From Vitrella brassicaformis CCMP3155 (taxonomy: Eukaryota > Protista > Chromerida), in the NCBI GenBank assembly GCA_001179505.1, contig CDMY01000566.1, positions 1 to 51,193 on the forward strand: DNA of 51,193 nucleotides, in the 5' to 3' direction. Of this stretch, positions 23,338-34,833 are shown piece by piece. Position 1 is the first letter of the stretch, and each line of letters opens with the position of its first letter. The notes under the pieces are model-generated. The model saw only the letters and a list, made by a program, of their open reading frames with translations, was not told the DNA's origin and made no database searches. A program made the translations under genes and the position numbers.

Positions 23338-24550
23338 CGAGTCCTGACGAAGTGGCTGCGGGCGAGCAGCTGAAGCTCATTGGGACACACGACGGCGTCT
23401 TCCACTGCGATGAGGTGACGCACCGCGTGAGTGCCAGCCAGGGCTGTGACTTACTTGTCGGTCGCATGTCTGTGATAGATAGTACTGATTGTCGGTGAGT
23501 GAGTGCAGGTGTTGGCGTGTGCACTGCTGCGTCTGCTGCCCGAGTACGAGAGCGCGGCAGTGATCCGCTCTCGAAATCCTGCCTACCTCGACAAGGCCCA
23601 CACAGTGGTGAGTGAAAGCACACTCACGCAAGGCTTCGGCGACTGAGTGTTTCCCTCCCGGCAATCTGTGCACCTGACTGCTACTGCCCCTGTGATGCAT
23701 TCAGGTCGATGTGGGTGGCGTCTACGACGCGGCCGCCCGTCGCTTCGACCACCACCAGGCAGGATTCGCCGACGTGCTTGGTGGTGGGTTCGAGACCAAG
23801 CTCTCGTCCGCCGGCCTTGTCTACAAGCACTACGGCAGACGCGTCATCGAGACGATCGTCGGCCCGCAGGCCGCCGCCGCCGCCATTGACGTCATGTACA
23901 AGAAGATCTACCAGTCCTTCGTGGAGGCCATCGACGGCATTGACAACGGGATCGAGGTGGCGGACGGGCCGCTGAGGTACAAGGTCTACACGCAACTGAG
24001 CGGACGAGTGGGTCAGATGAACCCGCGATGGAACCAGGAGCAATCGCCCGGGCAGAGCAACGCGGCCTTCAAGCGGGCGATGCGACTGGCGGGAGAGGAG
24101 TTCGTCAGCAGTGTGGTCGACTTGTGGGACTCGTGGTGGCCGGCCCGCGAGATCGTCAAGTTGGCGTATGGGAACCGGCACAACGTCCACTCGTCCGGGC
24201 AGATCGTTCTGCTCGAGAGGTTCTGCCCATGGGCCTCCCATCTCTTCGACATCGAGCAACAGCAGCAACAGCAGCAACAGCAAGGCGGCTCTTCAAGCGT
24301 GCCTCCAGTGGTGTACGTCATCTACGCCGACGTGAAGGGCTCGTGGCGCGTGCACGCCGTTGCCGAGGAGGAGGGCTCCTTCACGTCGCGCAAGGCCCTT
24401 CCAGAGCAGTGGCGGGGGCTGGGGGATGAGGAGCTGAGTCGTGTGATGGGCATAGAGGGGGGAGTGTTCGTGCACGGCACTGGGTTCATCGGGGGCCATG
24501 CGACGAAGGAGGGAGCGATGAAGATGGCCGAGAAGGCACTCGCTGCATGA
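23338..24550 (+). pseudogene. MYG1: 5'-truncated diverged MYG1 paralogue (copy C), both introns retained
   Basis: Homology to copy A starts abruptly at CGAGTCCTGAC (A position 19651). An in-frame TAA lies just upstream and there is no ATG. Six amino-acid changes seen, including RVQAV>RVHAV and GLRD>GLGD. The 3' UTR differs from copy A. Confidence 0.6.
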
Positions 24551-24942
24551 TGGGCTAGGCGATTTGGCCTATTTTGGCGGTCTGTTGTGCTGCACGCTCA
24601 GAAACGTGGGTGGCCAGCCAACCGTTTTCATACTACAGTGGGGGTGGCGAGACATGAGAAGCGTCAGAAGTGGGCGTGTGGTGTGTGGGAGACATGGAGA
24701 TCTGACCTTTGATGTGAACATGCCGTCGACGATTTGAAATTCGGCACATCAGTCGAGTCAGCAAACCGACAAAAAGACACGTCCCGCATCAAAAGCAGGC
24801 AGACCGATAGCCAGCCAGACAGACAGACAAATATACAAACGCAACCGGAACTCGTGACACTCGCAGACAGACTTCTGTATGTAGTACTGTATGTATATGT
24901 GTGTGCAGACGTACATTTGAATGTCTCCATCCAGTGTGCTGG

Positions 24943-26373
24943 CTAAGCGTTAGGGTAGTGTGGCAGCAAACGCAAGAGTTTTGCGTCCTCTGCCAAGAGG
25001 CGGGAGAGAATGTGGACTGACCAGTAGGGCTCGAAGGCAGAGGGCGGCCACGTCCCGAGCTCGTTCCTGCGCCTTTCGACGATTTTGTCGTACTTGTGGT
25101 AGCCCGGAAAGATCATGTTGGCGACATGCGGTGCGCCTGCTGGCGAGTCATAGTCGATGTGGCTCTTGCAGAAGTGCTCCATCGTCATGTCCTCTGCGAG
25201 CAACTCCATGTACCAGCCCTCGGGAAGAATCTCCGTCCCCTAGCCGAGCAAGCAGACAGACAACAGACAGACAGACAGACGGACACAATGACCGCATAAA
25301 TGCATGAGCACTCGCGTGTTGTGCCGCTGACCGCTTGGACATTGAGGCAGTAGGCAAAGCCGTCGGAGGTCGCCAGGTGCACAAAGCACTCATCGGGATT
25401 GTTGTAGTCATAAACCATCGTACAGACGCCCCTCGCTGTGCCGATCAAACGCATGTCGTGTTGTAGCTGGACCGTGATGGGCTGATTGCTTACACACGGC
25501 AAGCCGTTGTCGCAGGCTAAGCCTCCCTCCATGGTCGCAGCGAACATCAGCTCGAAGAACTGGGTCTCGACCTCCACCGAGCCAAAACCAAGGTCACCAC
25601 GTCTCTTCTTTTTCTCGGAGTGAGGGACCTCGTCGACCTGTTTGAAGTTGATGATGCACTGCGCCCCTGCACGACACACACACCGGTCGCCATAGAAGGA
25701 CGCTATGTGTGTGTGTGCGTGTTATCCCCCTGCCCTCCCTCACCGCCGGGAATCGGCGGCACAATCTCCGCTGCATGAATGCCCACAGAACAAAGCAAGG
25801 ATGCGGTTCCAGTGCGGCTCTTTGTCTTTGTTTCGATGCGTGCCCACCTCTACTGGTGCCAGTACGGGTCGCCACAGTGACTCGGGCCTCCTTCAGCGGA
25901 AGGCCACCCCCTGCAAGCCAAAGATGGGAGCAAGGAGGGGAAAAAGGATGCGTCCGTGCCATATTTGTAGGTCTCTTGTGGGTAGGCGATGCATACGTGC
26001 TCCCAAGAGGCTGCTGCTACGGCTCAGGGTTTCGATGGCCTTCTCGTTTACGCCTTGGGCTGCTCGAATCGACGACCGGACAGCCTGGAGTTGGTTGCGC
26101 AGCTTGGGGGCCCTCTGACGGGAGGCAGATACATCGGCAAATGAGGTGCCTGCAAGGCAATGCATCCATCCATCCATCCATCCATCCATCGACAAGGAGC
26201 CAACAATGAGGCATACAGATGTCTTGTCTGTGCATGCATGGTCTTTGCAATGATGTCTGACGAGTACCGTTGTGGGGGCTGTCGATGTGGCAGCCCTCCT
26301 CACTGCAAAAGTGTACACCATTGCTGGAGTGGGCGAGAGCGATCAGCAGGAAAGGCGCGAGGACCAACAGCAT
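24943..26373 (-). CDS. Secreted orphan protein with signal peptide and Cys-containing domain; about 6 exons
   Basis: MLLVLAPFLLIALAHSSNG-VHFCSEEGCHIDSPHN / GTSFADV...KLRNQLQAVRSSIRAAQG... / GGLPLKEARVTV... / EIVPPIPG / GAQCIINFKQ...CFVHLATSDGFAYCLNVQA / GTEILPEGWYMELL...LLPHYPNA*. Intron phases are consistent. Confidence 0.7.
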
Positions 26374-26508
26374 TTTCGATGGAGTTCAGGCGAGTTCAGC
26401 TCGCATTTGGCCAGGGTTTGCGGCCAGTGCGTTAACGGCCGGGGGGAAGAGGGAACCGATTTTTTCGCGAGGGCTCGACGTAGCGTTTCCGTCACCAAAA
26501 CTTTGACG
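26374..26508. promoter_or_regulatory. Probable bidirectional promoter (135 bp) shared by two secreted-protein genes
   Basis: Divergent ATGs at 26373 (-) and 26509 (+). Inferred from geometry only. Confidence 0.5.
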
Positions 26509-28120
26509 ATGCGTGGCTTGACGCTCCTCCTTCTGTCGCTGGCGCTGGCCGTCAACAGCTGCCAAGCCACCTGGTGGTGGTGGGGTTGGTGGTCTTCGGG
26601 AAGCGAGCGGGAGGAGGAGAGGTCCTCTTATCGTCAGGAGGCGACACAAGTCTCAGACCGCTCTGCCTCCGTGACCGCTGGCGACGACGACGCCCCAGTC
26701 GCGGCCCAAGTACATGTGGCTGATGAGACCAAGGCAGGGGCAGCTACAGCCGCCACAGCCTCGGCAGAGTCTGAAGGCCCAGCAGTGACTGAGAGTGAGA
26801 AGCCCGTCACCAGAGGTGAACCGAGGCACGTGATGGGGGACCATCGCATCGATACCTTCCAACCAACTGTGTCTGTCTGTCTGTGTGTGTGGGCGCAGCG
26901 GAGGCAGAGACACCGGAGTACAAACCCATGCCCAAGACCACAAGTAAGAATGGATGGATGGATGGACACAAGTACCGGCAGACCTCAGCCACACAGCAAT
27001 CGTGTGTGTGTGTGGTTGTGTGTGGTTGGTGCAGAGAAGCCAAAGACGACGACAACGACAACAGCAGGGGCCCCCACAACCACCGAGGAGCCCACCACGA
27101 CAGGTGGGGAGGAACGATGATGACCTGCTGACACAGTCACGTGCATCTCTCGACGCCTCCGTCTTGACTGGTGTGTGGTGCAGCAAAGCCCGTTGACACG
27201 ACGACTCCTGGGCCCACAACCACGAAGAAGCCAAAAGACAAGAAGCCCGCCCTGACGCCGGCAACGGGCGATGTGTGTGAAGGTCAGCCGGGACCAAGCC
27301 CACGCGCAGAGCTGTTTTTGTTCATCCCTTTGTCGAGTGCAGGTGTGAGTCCATCGCTGGCTGGCTTCCAGCTCGTCGTACTGGAGGACCAGAAGCCCGT
27401 GCACCCTCGCTTCGATGACATCGGCACTAGCGCCCCCGACCTCATTCACCCTGGCACCGTCGACTTCGTCGTCCCAGATGACGTCGATCTGCACTTCAGC
27501 TTTGCTGCTGTGCCAGAGGTGTGTGTGACGGCGGTGGAGTTCCAGCTGTTCGATTACGAAGGTTCGCGGCGGCACAGCACACGTGGCAAATGGGAAATGG
27601 GAAATGGATCGGTATGAGTGCGTGTCCTGTCTTCAGGTGTGCACATTGACTGGGACAACGAAAGGCACCCAAAGGGCTTCGACTTCTTCTCCCCCTTCGT
27701 GGCGTTCGGCAATGCGGTGTATCCGGCGACGGACAGGCCAGACATCTTCGGTGAGGCGGCTCGCGCCATCTGGCCGACAGGCGGGACTTTCACCCTCGAA
27801 GCGACCCCATACAACGGCGGCATCAAAGGCGGCCACATCAAGCTCACGTGTATGTCTGCAGTGAGTGGGGGGACACAGAGAGTGTCCTCGTTCATTTCTC
27901 TGCCTGTCTCTCTCTCTGACCAGTTCTGGTGCCATCTGCTTTCGACCAGCATCACACGTACTTCAGGGGCCGATCATCTTACCACACCAGCAGCCACACG
28001 CATCAGACGGGGAGCAGCGGCAGCGAGAGCGACGCCGACGGCGAAAGCACGGAGCACCACCACCACGTGCACTACCATCACCACCACTACTACAGCAATG
28101 GCGGCTCGGACGGCGCCTGA
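26509..28120 (+). CDS. Secreted mucin-like protein: signal peptide, Trp cluster, Thr-rich stalk, globular beta domain, His-rich tail; about 7 exons
   Basis: MRGLTLLLLSLALAVNSCQA-TWWWWGWWSSG...KPKTTTTTTAGAPTTTEEPTTT...EFQLFDYEGVHIDWDNERHPKGFDFFSPFVAFGNA...WPTGGTFTLEATPYNGGIKGGHIKLTFLVP...EHHHHVHYHHHHYYSNGGSDGA*. Confidence 0.75.
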
Positions 28121-29250
28121 TACGTCTGTCTATAGGCAATTGTTGAAGTGGGATGGATTTGTACCTACCGTGGGATGGATTTGTCTGTGTGTGTATGTGT
28201 CTTGTCTCTTGATGTTCATTTCTCTCTTCCTATGGCCGGCCATCATCTCTCCCACCCTCTTTCTCGCTGACCTGACTCTATGGCGTTTTCTTCTTCGTCG
28301 CTCGTTCCACTGAGTGTGATCCACTCTGCCTTTTTTCTTTTCGTTCGCGTGTCAGTGTGTGTGTGTCTGTGTGTTGTCATTGCAAGATTATTGGTCGCAG
28401 GTGCCAGTTTTTCTGGCATGCATAATTCACTCACTGCCGCTCTCTCATTGATGCTGGCTCCACCCATCCCTCTCTCTGCGGTTGAGATAGGGCGGCGCGG
28501 AAAATGATGAGCGTCATCGAGGCCGTAGAAGGGAGAAATGGGGGAGGCAGAGAGCGCATGCAGTGGTGGGTGGGTGGGTGAGTGAGCGCATCCGCCAATG
28601 AGTGGGTGCCAGAGGCTGGCGGTGCGTGCGCGTGTGCGTGTGGTGACATACCTGTCTGCTGGAGCGTAGGTCGCTTTCTGTCTGTGTCTCATGTCCGTGC
28701 GTCTGTTTTTTATTACATTGATTGATGCACACTGCGACGTGTAATGATCCGATCCACGGTAATACTATTATGTAGGTACGTAGGTAGGGACAAAAGTGAA
28801 AGGACGAAAGAGCCAGCTGTAACTAGCTAGGTCCATCCATCCATCGTACACACATGACATGCACTCGTCAATCAACATGACATGACGTCTGGCTGGCTGG
28901 CTGGCAAAAATCCTCCCTGCTGCCCCCCCTCATCCATCCATCCATCGACAGACACCCAACGACCCACCGAGCCACACACAGGCGGACACACACACCACAC
29001 ACCACACCATGGGCAGGGTCGGGTCTGTCTACGTGTCTATCTACCTACCTATCGGCAGCAACAACTCCCTGACTGACGCGCTATGTGCACCCTTGTATGC
29101 CCATCCACACACACAGAGGGGGTCTGTCTGGCTGCCCTTGGGGCCGGCTGTCCGTCTGTATCTCTGTCTGTACACGGTTGCACCATCCATCCATCCATCC
29201 CTACTAGATGACTACAGTGCCAATCAGGCGATCGATGATCAGGCCGTCAC

Positions 29251-30384
29251 TCACTCAGCCCCCCCCGCCCCCGCCTGTTCCATCATGAGCCGCCTGGCCC
29301 CTCTGGTGACGCTCTCCAGGGCAGCGGGTTTCTCTGCCGTGAGGACCCACCAGAAGAGTGCCGCCACAAACGCCACCTGGATGACAAAGTACATCTGGTT
29401 GATGGCCAGAAACAGCCGGTCTTCCCTGCTGGTTCGCTCCACCGCCTCGATGCCCCGCCGGCGGTAGAGATCTAGCCATTCCTCTCTGTCGACCTTGTCG
29501 GCGATGTATGCCGACCGCAGGATGTCCTCCAGCTGCGACTCCTCGGCCTCCTTCCGCGCAAACACGTCGTCATTGTCCTTCGGGAAGGGGTAAAACGGGC
29601 TGTTAGAGATGCGGAAGCCGCTCTGGCCGGGCTCGGGCGTCCTGAAGGCGGGGTCCTGCTCGGCCGCCCTGTCCTCCTCGTCGGCCCGGAACTCCTCCTC
29701 GAGCGTGACAAGCTCCTCAAGGTCAGGGAGGCTCCTGATGTCATACCCCGTCGTGTTCAAAGCCGCCAGCAGAGCATAGAGATCCGGGGGGACCGGGGGA
29801 TCGTACAGGCCGGTGGGTGTGGGAGGGGCGGTGGTGCGGTCCTCCACAGCAGCCCCCCTCTCCTCAGCTGCAGGGGGGGATAGCACGGTGATGGCTGCTT
29901 GTCCATCATCAGTTGTCGGGGGTAGGTCGTATGACACAGGCGGTGACGAGACGTCCCCCATCGTCGCGTCGCGATGATACGATGACGCCGTCCGCAGCGG
30001 AGCCACGGGGAAGGGGGGACCGTCGCCGCCGTACGATGGTGCCTCGGCCTCCGAGTCTCCGCCTGATGGGCCATCTGATGAGCGAGAGCCTCCTCCCCTC
30101 TGACCACTCGGACTCTCTGTCAGCACCGCCTCCTTTCCCACCGGCATCGCCCAGCTCCTCGCAGCGTGCCGCCCCCTCCTCAGTGTGAAGATCTCCATCG
30201 GGAACAAAAAGGCAGACGGGAAGGGCAGGGGTGAGAGGGCGGATATGGAGCGGGCGGCGTCATGCAGGCGCCGAGATCTTGGTCTAGGTGACTTGGCGAG
30301 GGACACGCGGACGGCGGGGAGGGCGGCGATGCGGTCGAGAAGAGCCAGAAAGATCAGCCCACAGATGAAGATGATGGAACTCAT
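29251..30384 (-). CDS. Single-exon 377-aa membrane protein with a probable bipartite (signal + transit) targeting leader and a C-terminal TM helix
   Basis: MSSIIFICGLIFLALLDRIAA (hydrophobic), then an Arg/Ser-rich, acid-poor stretch containing SAFL, an acidic helical core, and the TM segment LFLAINQMYFVIQVAFVAALFWWVLTA. Confidence 0.75.
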   Translation of the reverse strand: MSSIIFICGLIFLALLDRIAALPAVRVSLAKSPRPRSRRLHDAARSISALSPLPFPSAFLFPMEIFTLRRGRHAARSWAMPVGKEAVLTESPSGQRGGGSRSSDGPSGGDSEAEAPSYGGDGPPFPVAPLRTASSYHRDATMGDVSSPPVSYDLPPTTDDGQAAITVLSPPAAEERGAAVEDRTTAPPTPTGLYDPPVPPDLYALLAALNTTGYDIRSLPDLEELVTLEEEFRADEEDRAAEQDPAFRTPEPGQSGFRISNSPFYPFPKDNDDVFARKEAEESQLEDILRSAYIADKVDREEWLDLYRRRGIEAVERTSREDRLFLAINQMYFVIQVAFVAALFWWVLTAEKPAALESVTRGARRLMMEQAGAGGAE

Positions 30385-30714
30385 GAGCGAGGGCACTTAT
30401 CACTCTTCGTTCAACCAGATAGGCACAAACCACAACCGACAGAAGAGAAGACTGCTGCTCCCGACAGAAGAGAAGAGCTCGCCATCTGCGAGCTTAGAGA
30501 GCCTTCTTCCCTCCCCTCCTTCTCTCCCCGTGTGTGAGGCGCCGCAGTGAGGCTGCAGCGTGCTCTCGTTGGCTCAGCAGCCGAAAAACCGAAAGATCCG
30601 CTTGTCATCTTCATCCATCTCGCAGCTGCCGCCAGCGCGAGGCTTCGTCTGCGGCATGGCGGCAAGTGTGTAGCAGCCCCGTGGCACCCTCCGAGCAGCC
30701 AGATCTGCCCAATC

Positions 30715-33700
30715 ATGACGCGCCACTCATGGCTGCTTTACCATCTCCTCATCGGCCTCTCACTCGCCCCAATTGCGCTGCCACAGCCGTCTTCCGGCCC
30801 TCTGCGCGTTGGGCTCATCTGTCCGCTGAGCGGCTCCCTGAGCGAGGAGGGCCAGGACTTCGATGACGGCTTTCGCTACTGGTACGACACTGTGAGTGAG
30901 GCGGGCGGTGTGCGTGTGGGCGGTGCAGAGGAACTGACGCCCGTGGAGCTGGTGGAGCTTGACAGCGAATCGAACGGCACAAAGGCCGTCAGCAATGCAC
31001 GAGCCATGGTGGACCGACAGGTGGGTGACGGGGGGCGGATCGATCGATGTGCACAGCAGCAAATATAGGGCTGTGTCTGTGTGTCTGTCTGTCTTTGTGT
31101 GTGTGTAAAGGTTGACGTGGTGGTTCAGTGCGCCGCGCTGGATGTCGCCGGTGTGGCGGAGGTCTTGGAGGCTAGCTCCATTGTAAGCCAGCCAGCCAAG
31201 ACAGACACACAGTATCCATTATCCATTCCTCACCGCCTCCCCCCCNNNNNNNNNNNNNNNNNNNNNNNNNNNNNNNNNNNNNNNNNNNNNNNNNNNNNNN
31301 NNNNNNNNNNNNNNNNNNNNNNNNNNNNNNNNNNNNNNNNNNNNNNNNNNNNNNNNNNNNNNNNNNNNNNNNNNNNNNNNNNNNNNNNNNNNNNNNNNNN
31401 NNNNNNNNNNNNNNNNNNNNNNNNNNNNNNNNNNNNNNNNNNNNNNNNNNNNNNNNNNNNNNNNNNNNNNNNNNNNNNNNNNNNNNNNNNNNNNNNNNNN
31501 NNNNNNNNNNNNNNNNNNNNNNNNNNNNNNNNNNNNNNNNNNNNNCCCCCCCCCCCCTCCCCTCACTCACACACATGAATCAATCAGGTGAATCTGCACT
31601 GCTCGGGTCCGTTCTTCCCCACCGACCTTCAGTACAGCTTCGGCATACAGCTGCCCGCCCAAGACTACTATGCAGGTCACACACACACAACGCACACAGA
31701 TCTGGAGAGAGAGAGAGAGAGAGATTGTCTGTGACCGTCATTATCAATATCTCGATCAGGTCTGCTGAGAGACGCCCATCTGCAGCGGATCTCAAAGATA
31801 GCGCTGGTCGTCGACACCACGGACCCGACAGCAGGTAGGTACTCCACCACACCACACACAATCATAAGCCATGACACAGCCCGACGAGTGTCTGTCCCTC
31901 CCTGTCCCCTTCTCTCCCCAACACACACAGAGGCCATATGTGACGGCGCGAGGGACCACGCGTCCTCCTTCAACTTGAACATCTCATCAGAGCTCTCACT
32001 AGACGGCGCGACAACCACAGACAACAAGACCGTGTCGCAAATCGCCGAGTTCCTCCGCAACGCCGCTGACAACGACGAGGTGCAGGCGGTGTTCGCCTGT
32101 GTCTCACCCGAGGGCGGCGAGGCGTTCACCGAGGCCGTCATCGAAGCTAAACAGGACTTTCAAATAGTGGCGGTGGTGGGTCAGGGGAGGGCGGGGCACA
32201 GCAGCCAGCCAGACAGACAGAGAGCCTCAACACGCACAGGATGGTGTCTGTGTGTGTGGTCGTACGTCTGTCCAGTCGTCCTTGCCAATGACGGCAGAGT
32301 TCTTGGAGCGGTTTGGCCGCGACCTGGCTTATCTGCTGACGCCGGCACAGTGGCACCCCACACTAGTATTCAACAGCGACCCCCCATCCTTATTCGGTAT
32401 GTGCACATACATAACCCACATGCACTCTGACCCTTTCCCTCCCTCCCTCCCTCCCTCCCTCCCTCCGTCCCTCTCTGTCTGTCTGTCTGTCTGTCTGTGT
32501 CGCCATGCAGGGTCGTCTGAAGAGTTCTCCGAAGGCTTCGCGGCCAAACATGGCCGTCAGCCCAACGAAAACGTCGCGTCGTGTGCCGCAGCCGGGCTGG
32601 CGCTGCAACTGGCACTCGAGTCGATGGGGCCCGACGAGTGGACTGACGACAGGGAGACCAACAGCGGGGCACTTAGAGAGGCACTCGGTGAGTGAGTGAC
32701 AATGGAAACAAGGAGCGACCCAGTAAGTAGGTGGGCATGTCCGCCTGGCCTGGCCTGCAGGGTCATTGGAGAAATTTGAGGAGGCAGACAACACATTCTT
32801 CGGGCGTCTTGATCTCTCGGGGCAGCAGAACACGGGCCGCGAGCCCGCAGTACTGCAGGTAGGGACATCAATTACATTATGCTGAATGCCATTTAGCCAT
32901 TCATTGTGTTGCGCATTCATTGGTTTGGATGTTTGGATGTGTGTGTGGCCTGCCTGCCTGCCGCTCGCTGTATTCTGTGGTGCAGTGGTTGGAAGAGTAT
33001 GAGGGCTTTGGGGCGGTGCTGCCGTTATGGGTACGGCCGTACGTGGCCGGCACGACTTGCCTCAGAGATACTGGCTGCATCTCTCTCTCTCGCTCTCTCT
33101 GTCTGTGTGTGTGTGTGATATTAATTGCCTACTTCGTGTCTGTGTCACCCACCAGCAAGCTCGGGTCAAGTCTGGCGTGCAGCCGGCGCCCACATGGCAA
33201 TTCCGGTAGGCAAACACACACACACACACACCCCTGTGTGTCTGCTAGTTCTTGGACGGTCATTGGCTCGTTTGTGTGTTGGTCCGTGTGTGTCTTCGTT
33301 ACTGCAGTGCTGGCTGTCCGTCCGGCACGCGGCAGCTGTCGGGTCGCTGCGAGCCATGCCCTGAAGGACAGACCTCCAGGGGACCCAATGCTACCGAGGT
33401 CAGTCAGTCGTTGGTCGAATTCACACATGCAGCCACACACATCCTTCTGGCTGTCTGTCTGTCTGTCTGTCTGGTGATGCGTGGCGTGCAGTGTTCCGCG
33501 GCGGCATTGGGCGGCGGCGACTCCTCGACGACCATCATCATTGTGGCAGTGGTGGTGGTGGTGGTGGCGGTGCTGCTCTCTCTGCTGCTGCTCATCATTT
33601 TGTGGAAATGCGGCCGCCTGCCGTGCAAACCCAAACACACATGGGGGAGCGGTCAGGGCGCCACACCGCCCCACGCTCTCCACCCGGAGGACTCGATGGC

Positions 33701-34797
33701 CACCAATGGCAAGGACAAGGTGGTTGACGAGAAGGAGAGGGTCAAGCGCGGGCTGGCGCTGCTCAAGAGTCGCATGAATGGGGGCAAAGGGATGGAGAAC
33801 GGCATGCTGCACGGGCAGCACATGGGCAGCTGGCAGCCGTCGACCGCCGAGCCCACCCCGAGGAAGGAGGGGACGACTGAGGGAGAGAGTGGGGACATAG
33901 AGAGCGGCAACGGCAAGGGGCTGCTGGGCGGGGAGACCAGCACCGAGAGCAGCAGCGGCATGGCGCAGAGGAAACAGTCCTTCCCTGTGGACTTCACCGA
34001 GGTCAGTCAGCTCAGGTCGCTGTCGCTGTCAGAGCCACAAATTCTGACCATTCGTGTGTGTGTGTGTGTGTGATGGCGTGTGTCAGATTTTGCCGACTGA
34101 TTTGGTGTGTGGGTGGAAGGAGGAGGAGACCATCGGCTCAGGCGCCACGTGCTCAGTCTTCAGAGGCACTTGGCACGGCACAAAGGTGGGACAGACAGCA
34201 TCCCCTGCCCTCTGTCTGTCTGTCTGTCTGTCTGTTCCTATGTGGGGGTCGTGCCGTCACGGTGTGTGTGTGTGTGTGGATGGTGATGGTGATGTGCAGG
34301 TAGCCATCAAGAAGTTCCCCACCCAGCTGATCGAGGGGGGCAACCTTCGCAAGGTGTTCGTGTCGGAGGTGAGCGCCCTCGAGGCCCTCAGGCATCCCAA
34401 CATCATTACCTACTTCGGTCAGCGCACTGCACTCACACACACACCCACCGCAGCACATCCCTCTCTCCCTCTCTCCCTCTCTCTCTCTCTCTGTACGTGT
34501 GTGTGTGTGTGTGTGTTACCAGGATGCCACCCCCGTGCCCCTTATCTGATAGTGATGCAGTACGCCAACGGCGGGTCTCTGTACCACCTGCTGCACAAGC
34601 AGAAGAAGGATGAGGACCTCTCGTGGACCGAGAAGATGCGCATCCTCGTCGGCATCGCGGGGGCGCTGCAGTACCTCCACAAGGAGGGCCCTGGTCAGTC
34701 AGTCAGTCTGTCAGTCAGTCAGCAAAGGATACACACACACGCTCCATGGGCTGCAGCAAACCGCACACCATTCCATGGCGCGCGCGCGCGTGTGCGT

Positions 34798-34833
<36 letters not shown>

